A stretch of DNA of 64,000 nt. Source: Selaginella moellendorffii (lineage: Eukaryota; Plantae; Lycopodiophyta). Each line of letters opens with the position of its first letter. Within the stretch, counting starts at the first letter, position 1. Of the stretch, positions 10,471 to 23,162 are shown piece by piece. The stretch spans positions 546,399-610,398 of the forward strand of contig NW_003314312.1 in assembly GCF_000143415.4 (NCBI RefSeq), in the 5' to 3' direction. The translations under genes and the position numbers were made by a program. The notes below the pieces were generated by a model. The model saw nothing but the letters and a program-made list of their open reading frames with translations, searched no databases and was not told the origin of the DNA.

Positions 10471-11459
10471 TAGTACCAAGAGTTAATCTTTGGGACAAGC
10501 TCAAAACTTACTAGATATGGAATGTTCTTAAATTGCGAATTTGGACATGGGGCAAACACTATTGAATTCAGGACAATCTTTATATTCCATAGATATGTCA
10601 AATGAGAAAATCTAGACACTTTCCATAAATAACATTTGGGACCGAAACGAGACTAACAATGATAGTGAGGGTGTTTGGCAAACATGATAAGCTATCATTT
10701 GATGATATTGAGAGACTAATCTCAATATGTAAAGGTTCTTACCAAGTGAGTGTAAGACAGAGAAAAAACGAATTAAAAGGCAAGCAATGCAACTTTAAAG
10801 TAAGATGCTATATTGAGAAGTTAGCCTAGAGTGAGTGTAATTTCAGCATTTAAAATGCCTTTCACTACCTTCTTTTTATCCTTGTCATTTAGCTTTAGTA
10901 TAGGATTTTCCTTTCACATTAGTGGTAAATTCATGTCAACCTGTAAAGTTGTGAGACTCTCTATGTTAAAATCACTATTTTCCAAATTGACTTGTGGTTG
11001 CAAATCTTGGAGTTATTGAGTGATTTCTATGCTAATCTTTTTCTTTTGGTGCTATTAATAGTTGGGGATGATTTCTGCTTCATCATCACTCCCTTCATCT
11101 TGGCTTTCAAATTTAACCTTTCTTCGTTAGGCTCTAATTATGACATAGACGCTAAGTAGCTTTTCTATATTTGATCATTCTACCTCAATGTATCTAGTTA
11201 TAAATTGCGTATCCTTGGGAGGCTTATCATTCTTACTTGATAATTCAACTTGATTGTATGGCCTAGGATAGTGAATAGGAGTCTTATCTTGATCATACTA
11301 TTTTGACTTTTCATAATTTTTAAGTCTATTATAACTTCTAGACTGATCATATTCTCTAGGCCGATTATAGTATCTAAGCCTATTTTCCTCATGGCTAAGT
11401 GGATAATCTAAAAAATTACCCTTAAGTGGAAAAGTGTAAAGTTTCCTCAACTTCACCGT

Positions 11460-11697
11460 AAGCTGCAAGTGCCATCCCCATGAAGTGAGTAGTGGGGATA
11501 ATCCCAAGTCATAGGTAGAAAATGGTGCCATGCTTCTTGGCCAGTGCTTGGAGGGATTGGTGAGGCAGTCTTCCCAGGAAATGGAGGTGGCCAATTAGTG
11601 GTAGTCTGAAAGATGGGGATGGTGGTAACCACAACTGCTTAAAGAGGCCTCGAAGTACTGGGAGCAAGATCATGAGAAGCACGGTGACAAGCTCCAT
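11460..11697 (-). pseudogene. Cytochrome P450 N-terminal remnant (CYP71-clan-like)
   Basis: Membrane anchor followed by LPPSPSFRLPLIGHLHFLGRLPHQSLQALAKKHG, then a stop and truncation. Confidence 0.75.
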
Positions 11698-11989
11698 CAA
11701 ATGGGAGCAAAGAAGGGAATTTGGAGGGAGGTTCCATGGTGGCAACTATAGTTGGGACTTCAAAAGGATCTGATCGCATTTTGGAAAGGCATTCTGGCAA
11801 ACATGCAAGACAAACATTGACTTCCATATCACAGTTAGAGCATGGCATTTGCACAGCTTCCAAGGTAGGTGTCACGAAATATTATAGCAAAGATATACAA
11901 GATTCATGCATTTCATCATGCTAAAAGCTCGCTACTGACGATGCTACTTTGATATCAGTAATAAGTCAGCAGCAGAAAAGTGGTGAGCC

Positions 11990-12340
11990 AAGAGATTGCC
12001 CGGAGGTATGGCCAGGACTTCCATTTGATTCGGGACGAAGAGCATTGGATGGTCGTGTGTAGAGTGGAGCAAGGGGTGGAGTTGAAATACTTGGAGACAG
12101 GACTCGTCCACCATATGGGAGCGTCCAAACAACGGTGTCCAGCTCCTCATGAACTTTGGTCGAGACGTGTGGATTATAATCTCTCTGAAGGTCCACTCGA
12201 AAAGAGTATCAGTCCCATGATCTGTAACACAAAACACTGGCGTCAATGCAAAAGCTCCAGCATAAGGTCGGATCGAGCTTTAGCTCTGCACTTTCTGGAG
12301 ACTGCTCAAGCAGACAGCTTTTAATAGCTGGTGGAATTGA
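11990..12340 (-). pseudogene. Cytochrome P450 I/J-helix remnant, frameshifted
   Basis: GTDT..EWTF.E and KVHEELDTVV in different frames. Confidence 0.55.
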
Positions 12341-13606
12341 CCATCATGAGAAATTTTTGGACCTTTCAAAGAGAGTTAAATTAAAGGTATCAGAAGGTAT
12401 TTTCATTGTGGTCTGATTTTTTCTCTTGCCTATAAACGCAGCACCATTCATGCAGTAGCTACAGCTCCAGTACTTCCCTGCTCATTGCACTCTTCTTTTT
12501 ATGCATTACAACTCAAATGTTTTGATGATCAAGAAGTCCATATGGTGGCGTTGATCAGTAGTGTGACTTTTCTTAGAAATTTTTGTCTTTGGTTTATAAT
12601 AGAAATAACCATATCACAAACCAAATAACAAAACTAGTGATAAAAAATTAAGCTATAGACTATAAACGAAATTGTGAAATATCATTCATGCCTATCATAC
12701 ATTTTTTGTTGACTAAGCAGAGATGCCATGGTCGTTAGATGTCCTTGACACGAAGAGAACCCGTTCTATAAATTTTGAGTGTTGAATTTGGGTATATACG
12801 CTGATTCGAATCTTTTGGTCTTTTTCCCACCCATAATTTTAAATCCAGGTCAGACTTATGCGTCAATTGACCCTTGCTTATATACCTACATCAGTCATCG
12901 TTCTCCTAGCTATGACATCCTGGAAGATAGTTCCACTTATGAGGTAGGTACAGGAGTGGGGTAGAGATAACTCAAATGCTGGCTCTACACTGCTTTCTAT
13001 CATCTCGCAAGTTCTTATGGAGATCAAGGAGGTGGAATTTTGAGCAGCGGCAGGGGGTCTGCCTAGATAAAAAATCTCAGTATTACTTCCAGCAGGCAAC
13101 AGTTCCATTTGCAATGTATTTAATAAGTATAAGTATTAGTGCTGCTACTTGCTTTCCTGGATGTCTGGGTGCGACCCTCCAATTAAATCTAAAACCTACA
13201 ATGAGAAGATATCAGCTGAGATCCTGGCGTTTGCTACTCAAGTTGGAAATTCTATTCGCTCCTACGAATTTTCTCTTCAACTTCATGATCACAAGCCCAA
13301 CAATTGACAACACTTGGACAGAAACAGAAGTCATCACCTTTGATGGCAAGTTGCAGACATTCTCAAGGTTGATTCCATTTTCCCATATTGTAAACTAACT
13401 CCAGAGCGTCACGCCTTTTTAGAGCACAAACCATGTCAGTTTTATTGTTAATAACAAAGCTTACCAGACCGTCAATGTATATTGACTATTGGGACACCAA
13501 CTTTCCACATGGCAGTGTCAATGGAGCTTAGCAAAGCATAAGGACCTGGCTATGCTTATAAGCCCAAAAATGGTTAACAAAGAGAGAAAAAAAGAAACAG
13601 AGAAAG

Positions 13607-14134
13607 ATGAAGCTATTCATGTGGGTGATGATAGTAGCCATAGCATTTCTCCTAGTTCATAGTTCTAGTCCCCCGAAGAGGCCACCTTCAATGCTTTTCT
13701 ACTTCCACAGCACTGTCCTCAACGAAACCCATCCAGATGCCAACACCGCCCAGGTAGTCGCGGCCCCGCGTTCCAATCTCACTGTCCTGGGCTATGGAAC
13801 CATGGTTGTTTTCGACGATCCGCTCACTATGGATTACTCCCCTGACTCCACACCTGTTGGAAGAGCACAAGGATTTTATGTCTACGACCAACTGACAAAA
13901 GAGTCGGTCAGTGCAATTTTTGTTTTCACGGCGCTCTTCAACCAGGAGGATGGCTTCAACGGGACTCTAAACTTCGTGGGCGCTGATCCTGTGTTGTCGC
14001 CGTACAGGGACATATCTGTTGTGGGTGGTACGGGTGACTTTGAGCTGGCAAGAGGAATCGCGAGGCTTTCGACTCAATCCATTTCTGGCGTTACCTTTGT
14101 TCTCAAAGTCGTGGTCACCTTGTTCTACTTTTGA
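13607..14134 (+). CDS. Dirigent protein
   Basis: Signal peptide; FYFH, GTMVVFDDPLT, VGRAQGFY, ISVVGGTGDFELARG motifs; intronless; TATAA at about 13557. Confidence 0.95.
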   Translation: MKLFMWVMIVAIAFLLVHSSSPPKRPPSMLFYFHSTVLNETHPDANTAQVVAAPRSNLTVLGYGTMVVFDDPLTMDYSPDSTPVGRAQGFYVYDQLTKESVSAIFVFTALFNQEDGFNGTLNFVGADPVLSPYRDISVVGGTGDFELARGIARLSTQSISGVTFVLKVVVTLFYF

Positions 14135-14382
14135 CATATAATAATATTATTGTCACTCGATCAGCCATCACTCACTACTAAAGTTGATATCATTATATTA
14201 CCATTATTAAATAATTATTCTCAACGTTTACATATCTCAAATAATTTGTGAATTTGAAACTATCTTTTCCCAATGAAATAAAGCTTGATTATTCAAAGTA
14301 AAAGATTCGAGATTCTCTTTTTGACCGTTTGACCCGAATATCTTGGGTATCTGGAGTTAGGGTTTTTCTGTGTTTTGGATCC

Positions 14383-15549
14383 ATGGCGGAGGAGCTGGTG
14401 CTCGACTCGGCGATCCGCGACTGGGTGCTGGTGCCGCTGTCGCTGGTGATGGTTCTCATCGGCGTGCTGCGCCACTTCGTCTCCAAGTGTATGTCCTCGC
14501 AGCCGGAGCCCGACGCCAAGGCTCTCAAAGAATCGTGAGTTTTTTTTTCTTTGTTTTGGCGAGCTTCTTCTTCTCATCTCGCTCTTGTAACTTTCTTCAA
14601 GGCAAATTGTTCTTCGCGCCAGGTACCTGAGAGCGGCTGCGAATTACATTCCTGCCAAGTCTTTCCGGATGAGAAAATCCTATTTCAACAACGAGGTAGG
14701 CGAGAAAAAGGAAAAATGCTACTTTTCTTTGCGGTCAAGAAGAAAGAACGCTGATGCTGTATTTTCTCTTGTGCCAGGAAAATGGGCTGTTACATGTTCC
14801 AAAGGGCCAGGGCCAGAACGTCCAGGCTCAAATGCTTTCGGACCCAAACATGGCAATGGACATGATGAAGAAGAACTTGTCCATGATCATTCCTCAGGTT
14901 TGGCGTTCCAAAATCTTGTCTCGGTCTCGACGTTTCTTTTCCAGACTTTAACCTTTGCGTGGGTGAACTTCTTCTTCTCCGGATTTGTCACCGGTAATAC
15001 TTTATACCAGCCTTTCTTCTTTAAGTGCATCGTTTGCCTGCAGCCAAAATTCCTTTCCCGCTCACGCAAAGATTCCGAGGGATGTTGCAAAATGGAATCG
15101 ACTTGAGCTCGGTGGATGTGAGCTATGTCAGCAGCCGTTCATGGTAAGCTGCTAGCAAGGTTAAGTTTCATGCTCGGTGTGTATCGACAGGTATTTCTTA
15201 AATCTTTTCGGGTTGAGAGGCCTCTTCAGCTTGATCCTCGGAGAAGACAATGGTGAGATTACGTCTTCCGTGCTCGCATTCTAAGTCTTTTGGTCGTTTG
15301 GCTCGACTTGCAGCCACCGATGATACCCAGAAGCTGATGCAAACGCAAATGGCGATGCAAATGGGCGGGTTTGGAGCCGATCCTGCAAAGGTGAGAAGCT
15401 TTCTAAGATTTCACAGGGAACGCTCAAACTTTTTCATGGAACAGGCCCTTGGAGCTGAGAAAGAAGGTCTCGACTTAGTCCAGCACGAGTGGCTTCTCCC
15501 CCAGATCGAGCAGCGAGCAGCAGCAGTGTTGAGCCAGATTCTCGCGTAG
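14383..15549 (+). CDS. EMC3: ER membrane protein complex subunit 3 (multi-exon)
   Basis: [72 protein letters not shown] joined by short GT-AG introns. Confidence 0.93.
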
Positions 15550-15797
15550 CTCGCTCGATCACAAAAAAAAAGAAAAAACAGAGAAGAGAAGAGACCATTT
15601 TCGAAGTAGGCTGCTCACGCAATACTTGCTCTCGACAACAACCAAAAACTTACAAGAAAAAAGAGAGAGAGAAACAAAGGATAAAAGGAATTTATTTTTA
15701 GCAAAGTTCTATCGCTCCATCTTCCAAGGTGTTATAAAAGGCGTGCCCAATGATTTGGAGCTGGAACCCAGATTTTTAGGGCAGAGGGGAGCGAGTG

Positions 15798-16696
15798 ATG
15801 GGGATGCTCAAGCTCATCCTCGCGGATGCCGCCATCTCCTTCTTGTGGGTGTTTTGCACGTCGTGCATCGGCGCCGCGACCGAGATTATCGCGTCGTGCG
15901 CGGGCGTGGAGGGCGATCGCAAGTTTTACATCGTCTTTGGCCTCATCGCGCTGCTCATCGTCGTCTTCTCGGCTCTGGCCCAGGCGATTGGAGGCGCGAG
16001 CTGGAATCCAACCGCGGTGCTCGCCTTCTCGGGCGTGGGAGTGGGCGATTCAATCTTCAATCTGGCGCTCCGGATCCCCGCGCAGGTACTGAGACCAGTT
16101 TTTTCCCTCTTTTTTTTTTCTTAGCGTTTGATAAGTTAGTGTTCTTCCCAAAGTTTTCTTTTTTTTTTCTTCTGGATGTAATGGATCGATCTCCTTTGTT
16201 GTTTGCTTCTAGGCTGTGGGATCTGCCGCTGGAGCTCTGGCGATTTTCGAGCTGATGCCGTCGAGTTTCAAAAGAACTCTAGGGGGCCCAAGCCTCAAGG
16301 TGGATTTGCGAACGGGGGCGATCGCCGAGGGGCTGCTCTCGTTCATAATGTCGTTCGTGGTTTTGTGGGCGGTGTTGCGAGGCCCCAGGAACGCTGCTCT
16401 CAAGTCAGGGATCATCATCTCCACCACCATCGCGCTCATCGTGCTGGGCTCGGGATACACTGGCCCAGCCATGAATCCTGCCAATGTAAGTCGAGAAGAA
16501 TCCTCCTTTTTCTCCTCCTCGGTTTGATTTCTTTGATTTCTTCCAGGCGTTTGCGTGGGCGTACGTGAACAAGAGCCACAACACCAACGAGCACTTGTAT
16601 GTTTACTGGCTAACTCCATTGCTGGGCTCGCTGGCCGCGTCCATGGTTTTCAAGCGGATGTTCGCTCTCGGGCAAAACAAAGAGAAGACGGCCTAG
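15798..16696 (+). CDS. SIP1: Small basic intrinsic protein (SIP-type aquaporin), 3 exons
   Basis: GGASWNPT and GPAMNPAN (NPT/NPA boxes), AFAWAY, VYWLTP, basic C-terminus. Confidence 0.9.
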
Positions 16697-16970
16697 ATAA
16701 ACAAACTGGCCATCTTTCTTTCTTTCTCACACATCCATTTATTATTATACTCTCTTTTTACTTCCTCACCAAATCACGATTCTTTATGTAAATTAAAAGC
16801 GCCTGAAAAAAAAACGAGAGAAGATTACAAAGAAGACCTACGCAATTTACATTGTACGCTTTGATCAGATGCCATGACAAGCGAAGAAGGAAACGATCTT
16901 ATTTTCACCTTCGCTTATTGAGAAAGAGAGAGAGAGAGAGAGAGGAAAAAAAAAAACGAGACCCTGATCA

Positions 16971-19900
16971 TCAAGCAAATCCAAAGCCTTCCGCAATGTG
17001 ATCGGCCGTGATCGCGTAGAGGCTTCTGTGCATCACGTCAAAGCTCGAGTAAGGCGGCAGTATCAACTGGTAGAAGCAAGTGTGAGCCGTCGGCAACCAA
17101 GTCACGTTGGTGAGCGACTTGTGGATGTGGAACTTCGACGTCAAGCCTGCGAATCCCTCCGGCGGTAAATGCGTCACCGACGTTGCGAAGAACAGCAGCT
17201 TTCTCCGTCTCTCGGGGGACATCTCTTCTACCACCTGAGAGAAAGCGGTAAGAGTTTGCAAAGAACAAAGAAGACCAAAAGAAAGCATACCTCCCAAAAC
17301 CATCGAGCTTGCTCGTCCGAGGCGGTGTAATCGTGGTACTCGGTGTGCTGCTTCCAGTCTTCCACAGAGATCTCGCGATCTTTGCCGTAGAGCATCAGGT
17401 CCAGATCCTCGAGATCCAGCGGGCGAAGAAACTGGTGGATGGAGGTGTTGGACAGCAAGTCGGAGAAGCCTTGAGAGAACCACTTGACTTGGTCTGCGAC
17501 TGCGGCCACGAGACGCCTCTGGACCATGAGATCCACAAAGTGACGCCGGTTCGTGCTGGTGACTGCCATATCCTTCCCGCCGGGACAAAGCTCCAGCACC
17601 TTTCGTGATCCCAGGAGTTCCATCTCGGTTACGAACGTGAGGCCCAGCGTGTCCGAGTCGATGCTGTCCGGGTCCATTTCTAGGATGTTTTTGCAGCTCG
17701 CGTACAGTGCCGGGTCCGCGTCTCTCGAGTCTTCCCAGGTTATGGGAAGGCCAGCCAGCTGCTTGAAGAAGAAGAGAGCAAAGGTGACGTCTACCTGGAC
17801 TCTGTGCATCATAGCCAGCGCTATAACTCGTCCACAGAATTTGAAGTACGTGAGATGTCCAGGATTGACTCCGGAAGCTGCAAGAGAAGAGAGGAGTTTA
17901 AAAGAGAGTTCACAAAAGCAAAGAAAAAACAAAGAAGAGTATACGTACCTGGATTTGGATAGAATCTTCTTCTGTCGTTGGGACACGGCAGAAACAACGC
18001 AAACTGAGGATTGAAGATCTCCTTGCAAACCATGAAGAACCACTCTCTCAAAACACCCGGCCCTGTCGCTTCCTCTGACGAAAACTCCACCGAAAGGCCA
18101 CCCTGTATGTTCTCCGCTTCCACGTAAACCAGTTGCTCGAGTGACTCCGTCAGGAGCTGCGAACGCTGGATAACAATCTCCTGGCGTTCCTCGTGGTCGT
18201 CCTGCGGCTCCGGTAGCATAGCCATGACGAGCCGCTTCTTCGAGTCAAACTCTAAAAAGCGCTTGTACTCAAGCAGCCAAAAGTCGTGATCTTGCCAGCG
18301 TGACTGACTAACCAGCACATTCAAGGCCAAGCGTTGGCTTCGCAGCAGCGACAAGAGCTTCATCGACGAGATATCGGAGAGTTTCGCCACGGCATGGAGC
18401 CCCTTGAGCACGAACAAGAATGGAGCACGAGCAAACGGCCTCTCCTCAACCCCTTGTGTGCTTCTCGGCCCTCCCTCTTGAAACTTTTCGTGCTGCCAGA
18501 GTACCGTGACCAAGCACTTGTCCAGCTCCACCAGCAGCCTATGGAAAATACTATCCAGCCACCCCGCTGTTCCCACTTGCTGTGCCTGTGCCTGTGCCTG
18601 AGTTGTCTCATCACTGCATCCCAGTCTCAACTCCAAGTAATCCATGGAACTATTTCCCGGATCTTCCGAGTCGACCACCTTGCACACTGCCATCGACTTG
18701 CAGATGTGCGTGATGAAAGCGGTGAAGTCCTTGGCCTCTTTGATATACGACGAGAACTCTTGGCCTGGAAAGCTACGATAGTCCTGTAGACGAGTTAACA
18801 AGCTCTCGGCCAGTTCGTTAGCAAACGGGGAAAAGTCACTCACAATGGTCTCGGCCTTCACCTCATGGAAAAACGGATTGCCGTGACCGGCATCACTGCC
18901 ATCCAGCAGCCGGGCCAGCGCACTCCGGCACGAGCGATACAGTGGGTGGCTTGGAGCACTCTTTGACAGGAGCTTGCAAAAGTCGAGAAGAACCGGCGCC
19001 GAGTGGCAATGCAAGTGAACCGGCAAGTAGTCATCGTTGCCAGTCAGGAAGAACTTGATAGACTCCTCGGCGCAGACCCTGTTGGACTCCACCGGCGAGA
19101 GGAGCAGCATGACGAGAGCGGACGTTGCTCCAGACAGCTGAAACACCTGCATGTGTTCTAGCACCGGTACTGACTTGGATGTCATCTTCAAAAACTCCTG
19201 GACCCCCGTTCTCACGCTATCCTGGCACTGCGTCAACTTTGATCCTAGCCTGCTAACTTCGTCCCCGGACAAGCCATACATCTTCCGGATCGTCGCCACC
19301 AAGTCGTTGATAAGCTGCCAAGAGTGAGGAAGCGCCGTGCTGCGCATCCGCGCCACGAGATGGAGCGTCGCATCGTTGGTGACATGACAAGTCTCCAGTG
19401 ACTGATCGTGCTGGAGCTGGCGGCCACCAAAAATCAGCCTTTGCTCGAGAAGAGGCAGGCCTGTCCGGACAAGGATCTGCTGGTGGACCGACTCGATCGT
19501 GTCCGACGCTGTCGCGTGAAGAACAATCGTCTTGCCATCAATGTACGTCTTGACAAAGAACTGGAGATGTGACGAGGAACTCGAGCACGAAACGCCCCTG
19601 TCCACCTCCATAGCCACAGTCTCAGCTTTGTCTCCATCGGTGCTAGGACCTGGATCAATACCACCATCTCCTCCCTCTCCTTCCTTTCCAAATCCTTTGC
19701 TGCTACTACTACTGCTGCTAGACTCCTCTAAAAAGCCACCATCTTCTCTAGCACCACCCTCTTGATCGTCTGTTCTTCGCTGCCTCCCACTCGACTCGGC
19801 GTCCTGTGGCTCCTCCCTCCTGGGACGAGCAGAGAACTCGATGGAACTGATGTCCAACTCCTCCAGCTTCCTTTTGCTGGATGGATTCCTTGGCGGGGGA

Positions 19901-20136
19901 ATCCGAGCTGCCGCCATGAAGCTCTCCTGTGCCCTATCGGCAGTGAGAATCGCCGCCGCGGCTGCCGCGGCCGCCGCTACCCTACTGGAAGATTCATCAG
20001 AGGAGCAACTCACCTCCATGCTCGTTGGCGCCGCCGCCATGGTTGGATCCCTGAAAGGCCCGCAAGAAACCATGGTCGCGTCGCGGATGTTCCTGAAGAG
20101 CCTCTGTAGCGACTGCACCAGGCCCGTCAGAACCAT
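16971..20136 (-). CDS. UPL5: HECT E3 ubiquitin ligase with ubiquitin-like domain (UPL5-like); start codon uncertain
   Basis: UBL domain (FFVKT..GKTIVL...QRLIFGGRQL...TLHLV); EEATGPGVLREWF; catalytic LPTAHTCFYQL; two short introns. Confidence 0.9.
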
Positions 20137-20869
20137 CTAATTTGACCTAGGCCATGATCTGGGACGATCGCGCACCCCCCGCGATCGCGCGATCGCAAGA
20201 ACCCTAACAGCGATCGCTACGCGCAGATCCAGCGCCACTCACGGCGATGCCGCCCTCGCCATGGCGCGGATTATCGGCAGTAGCGATCGCCGCTCCACCG
20301 CCGAGGGCTAGATCGAGACCTCGCGCACAAAAACCAACACACAAGAAAAACAAAAAAAGAAAAAGAGAGAAAGAACAAAGCTCGACCGTACAGGGAATCC
20401 CCAAGAAGCCGCCGTACGAATATCCGGCCCTTTTGTAACGTTTTCTATACAGCGCGCTCCTGCCCGTTGGATGCCCGGCGCCATCCAACGGCGAAGAAAT
20501 GTTAGTCCGAAATGGCATCTTCCCGCGAATATGCCCGTGGCATAAGTTACGTGGGCGAGCAAGAAAAGAGGCGAGGCGAGAAAAGAGAGGCCATTCTTCT
20601 CGCATTTTCCAGTTGGAGGCCCAAGACGAAGATTGTCACCAATCCACCTAACAAAATGCCCAGAAAAAACCAAAGAATTTCGCCGAGTCAAAGCTCATGA
20701 CACCACCAAACCAATTCTCTCTTGTTATAAGCCACCACCATCTTGTTCCTCGATCCAAATCTCTTGATCCATCCGCTGCTTCCCTCGAATACGATCGTCT
20801 TCCTTGATCCAAACTTTTAGAGGGAATCCTTCCTGTTTGAAGCCAGTCGACGCAAAGTGTCCAGTAAGC

Positions 20870-21060
20870 CAGAACCATCGTTTTCCTTTGATCGATCACC
20901 ACCATCGTCTTCCTTGATCGACCACCACCATCGTCTTTTCCTTTGATCGATCACCAGCATCGTCTTTTCCTTTGATCGACCACCATCTTCCTTGATCTAG
21001 TCGCCAGCTCTCCTTGATGCAACAAGCCGGAGTCACCGTCTTTCTTTGATCGACCACGCC
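20870..21060 (+). repeat. Imperfect about 25-bp tandem repeat (CACCATCGTCTTTTCCTTTGATCGA-like) upstream of the ACOS5-like gene
   Basis: About six visible units. Confidence 0.75.
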
Positions 21061-21106
21061 CCTATAGTTGCTCGGTCTAATCTTTCCGGATCGTCTGCTC
21101 GAACTC

Positions 21107-23069
21107 ATGGGAGACTACGCACCACCCGACTTCACCCCTGCTACCGGCGAGGATCACACCTTTACCAGCAAGCTTCCTCCTGCAACAGTCCCGGAGCTTA
21201 CAATCCCTCAGTACGTTTTCCAAGGAGTAGAGAGTTACCTGGAGAGAGTAGCGATCGTGGACACCTCCGATGGCCGAGAGTACACGTACAGGCAGCTCAA
21301 GCGGCTGGTGGAGAACTCGGCCGCAGGAATGGTCCAGCACGGGCTCAAGAAAGGCGACGTTGTGCTTGTCATTCTTCCCAACATGGCCGAATACTTCATC
21401 GTGGTGCTCGGAGCCATGGCCGCCGGTGGAGTCTTCTCGGGTGTGAATCCAGCGTCTCCCTCGGTTGAGATCGAGAAGCAGGTCAGGGACTCCGAGGCCA
21501 AGATGGTGATCACGAACTTGGCCGGTTACGAAAAAGTCTGCCATCTTAAGTTGCCGATCGTCGTCATTGGAGAGAATCCACCCCCGGAAGCGATTCCTCT
21601 TAGCTCCCTGTTCGAAGCTGACGGTCAGGCTGCTCTTCCATTTTCCACCAGTCCAGATGATCTCTGTGCTCTTCCTTACTCCTCTGGAACAACCGGCGTA
21701 TCCAAGGGAGTGATGCTGACACACAGGAACATCCTATCAATCCTCAGCCAAACTCTCGCCGACTACGAGAGAATTCCACCCGAGATCCGTGAGACCCTTC
21801 CACAGTACTGCGCTCTGGGACTGATGCCGTTCTTCCACATCTACGGTATCACTGGCATTGGCTGCTCTACCATGAGGCTCAAAGGGAAAGTTGTCGTCAT
21901 GGAGCGGTACGAGCTGAGAAAGATGCTGGAGGCTCTCATCAAGTACGAAGTCCAGTTTGCTCCCTTGGTGCCACCGATTATCCTGTCCCTCGTGAAAAAT
22001 CCCCTGGTCGACGAGTATGATCTCAGCAAGCTGAAGCTCAATGCCGTCATGACCGCAGCCGCACCGCTCGCACCAGAGCTCCAGCGAGCATTCGAAGCAA
22101 AATTCCCAGGCGTCGAAATGAGACAGGTAATAATTCTGGTTCTCAAGATTCGTCTGAGCTTAGAACTCTGCAGGCGTATGGGTTGACGGAATATAGCTGT
22201 GTTACGCTCTCCCACTGCGCACCTGGACATGCGAGAGGCAACGCAAAAAAGGGATCAGTCGGATTTATCATACCAAACACGGAAATGAAGTTCATAGACC
22301 CGGACACGGGTAAATCCTTACCAGCGAACACTCCTGGAGAGATTTGCGTCCGCGGAGGAGCTGTAATGAAAGGTAAAGAAAACTGAGTTGTGTGCGTCGT
22401 CTCTAACTCATTATAGGAGGAAAACAGGCTATTATAAAAATCCAGATGCAACAAAAAGCACAGTCGATGACGAGGGCTGGCTACATACCGGAGACGTAGG
22501 ATACATTGATGACGACGGTGACATTTTCATCGTTGACAGAGTAAAAGAGCTGATCAAATATAAAGGCTTTCAGGTGAGAGCGGGTTTTCAGAAAGAGAGG
22601 AACTTATGCTGTCTTGTTCTCGTAGGTTCCACCAGCGGAGCTGGAAGCAATTCTAATATCTCATCCTCTCATTGAAGACGTGGCTGTCATACCGTAAGTT
22701 AAACACACTGTGATAATGTGAAAACCAGATGCACTCACTGTGAATTACAGATTCCCGGATGAAGCTGCTGGAGAGATTCCTGTGGCATGCATCGTGAGGA
22801 AGCAAGGAAGCGATCTCTCGCAGGAAGAAATCTTTGATTTTGTCTCGTCCAAGGTAACTCTCTCTGCAGCAGCAAGAAAGATTTGTCACTCAATCCAAAT
22901 AAACGTTTAACACCACACTACCTTTTTGCTCGTACAGGTTGCAGCTTACAAAAAGATACGAAGGATTGAATTCGTGTCAGAAATTCCCAAGTCACCAGCC
23001 GGGAAGACCATGCGCCGGCTGCTTCGCGACAGTCTCTTGAAACACAAAACCTTGAGTAAATCAAGCTAG
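21107..23069 (+). CDS. ACOS5: 4-coumarate:CoA ligase-like acyl-CoA synthetase, ACOS5 clade (multi-exon)
   Basis: [33 protein letters not shown]; [29 protein letters not shown] and GGVFSG.NP resemble ACOS5 rather than true 4CL (from recall). Confidence 0.85.
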
Positions 23070-23162
23070 CTTCCTCCGGTAGTCCTGTAAAGAATGCAAA
23101 ATAACGTGAGCTCACAGATGTCAAGCCAAACGTCTTGTTTCATCAAACAAAGAACCTGGCTT

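Noticed and set aside
12430-13400. Possible small secreted-protein gene after a TATA box at about 12430
   Set aside because: No coherent ORF or recognisable motif could be assembled
16921-16945. (GA)n microsatellite; also (GGAGTA)n at about 43367
   Set aside because: Ordinary simple repeats
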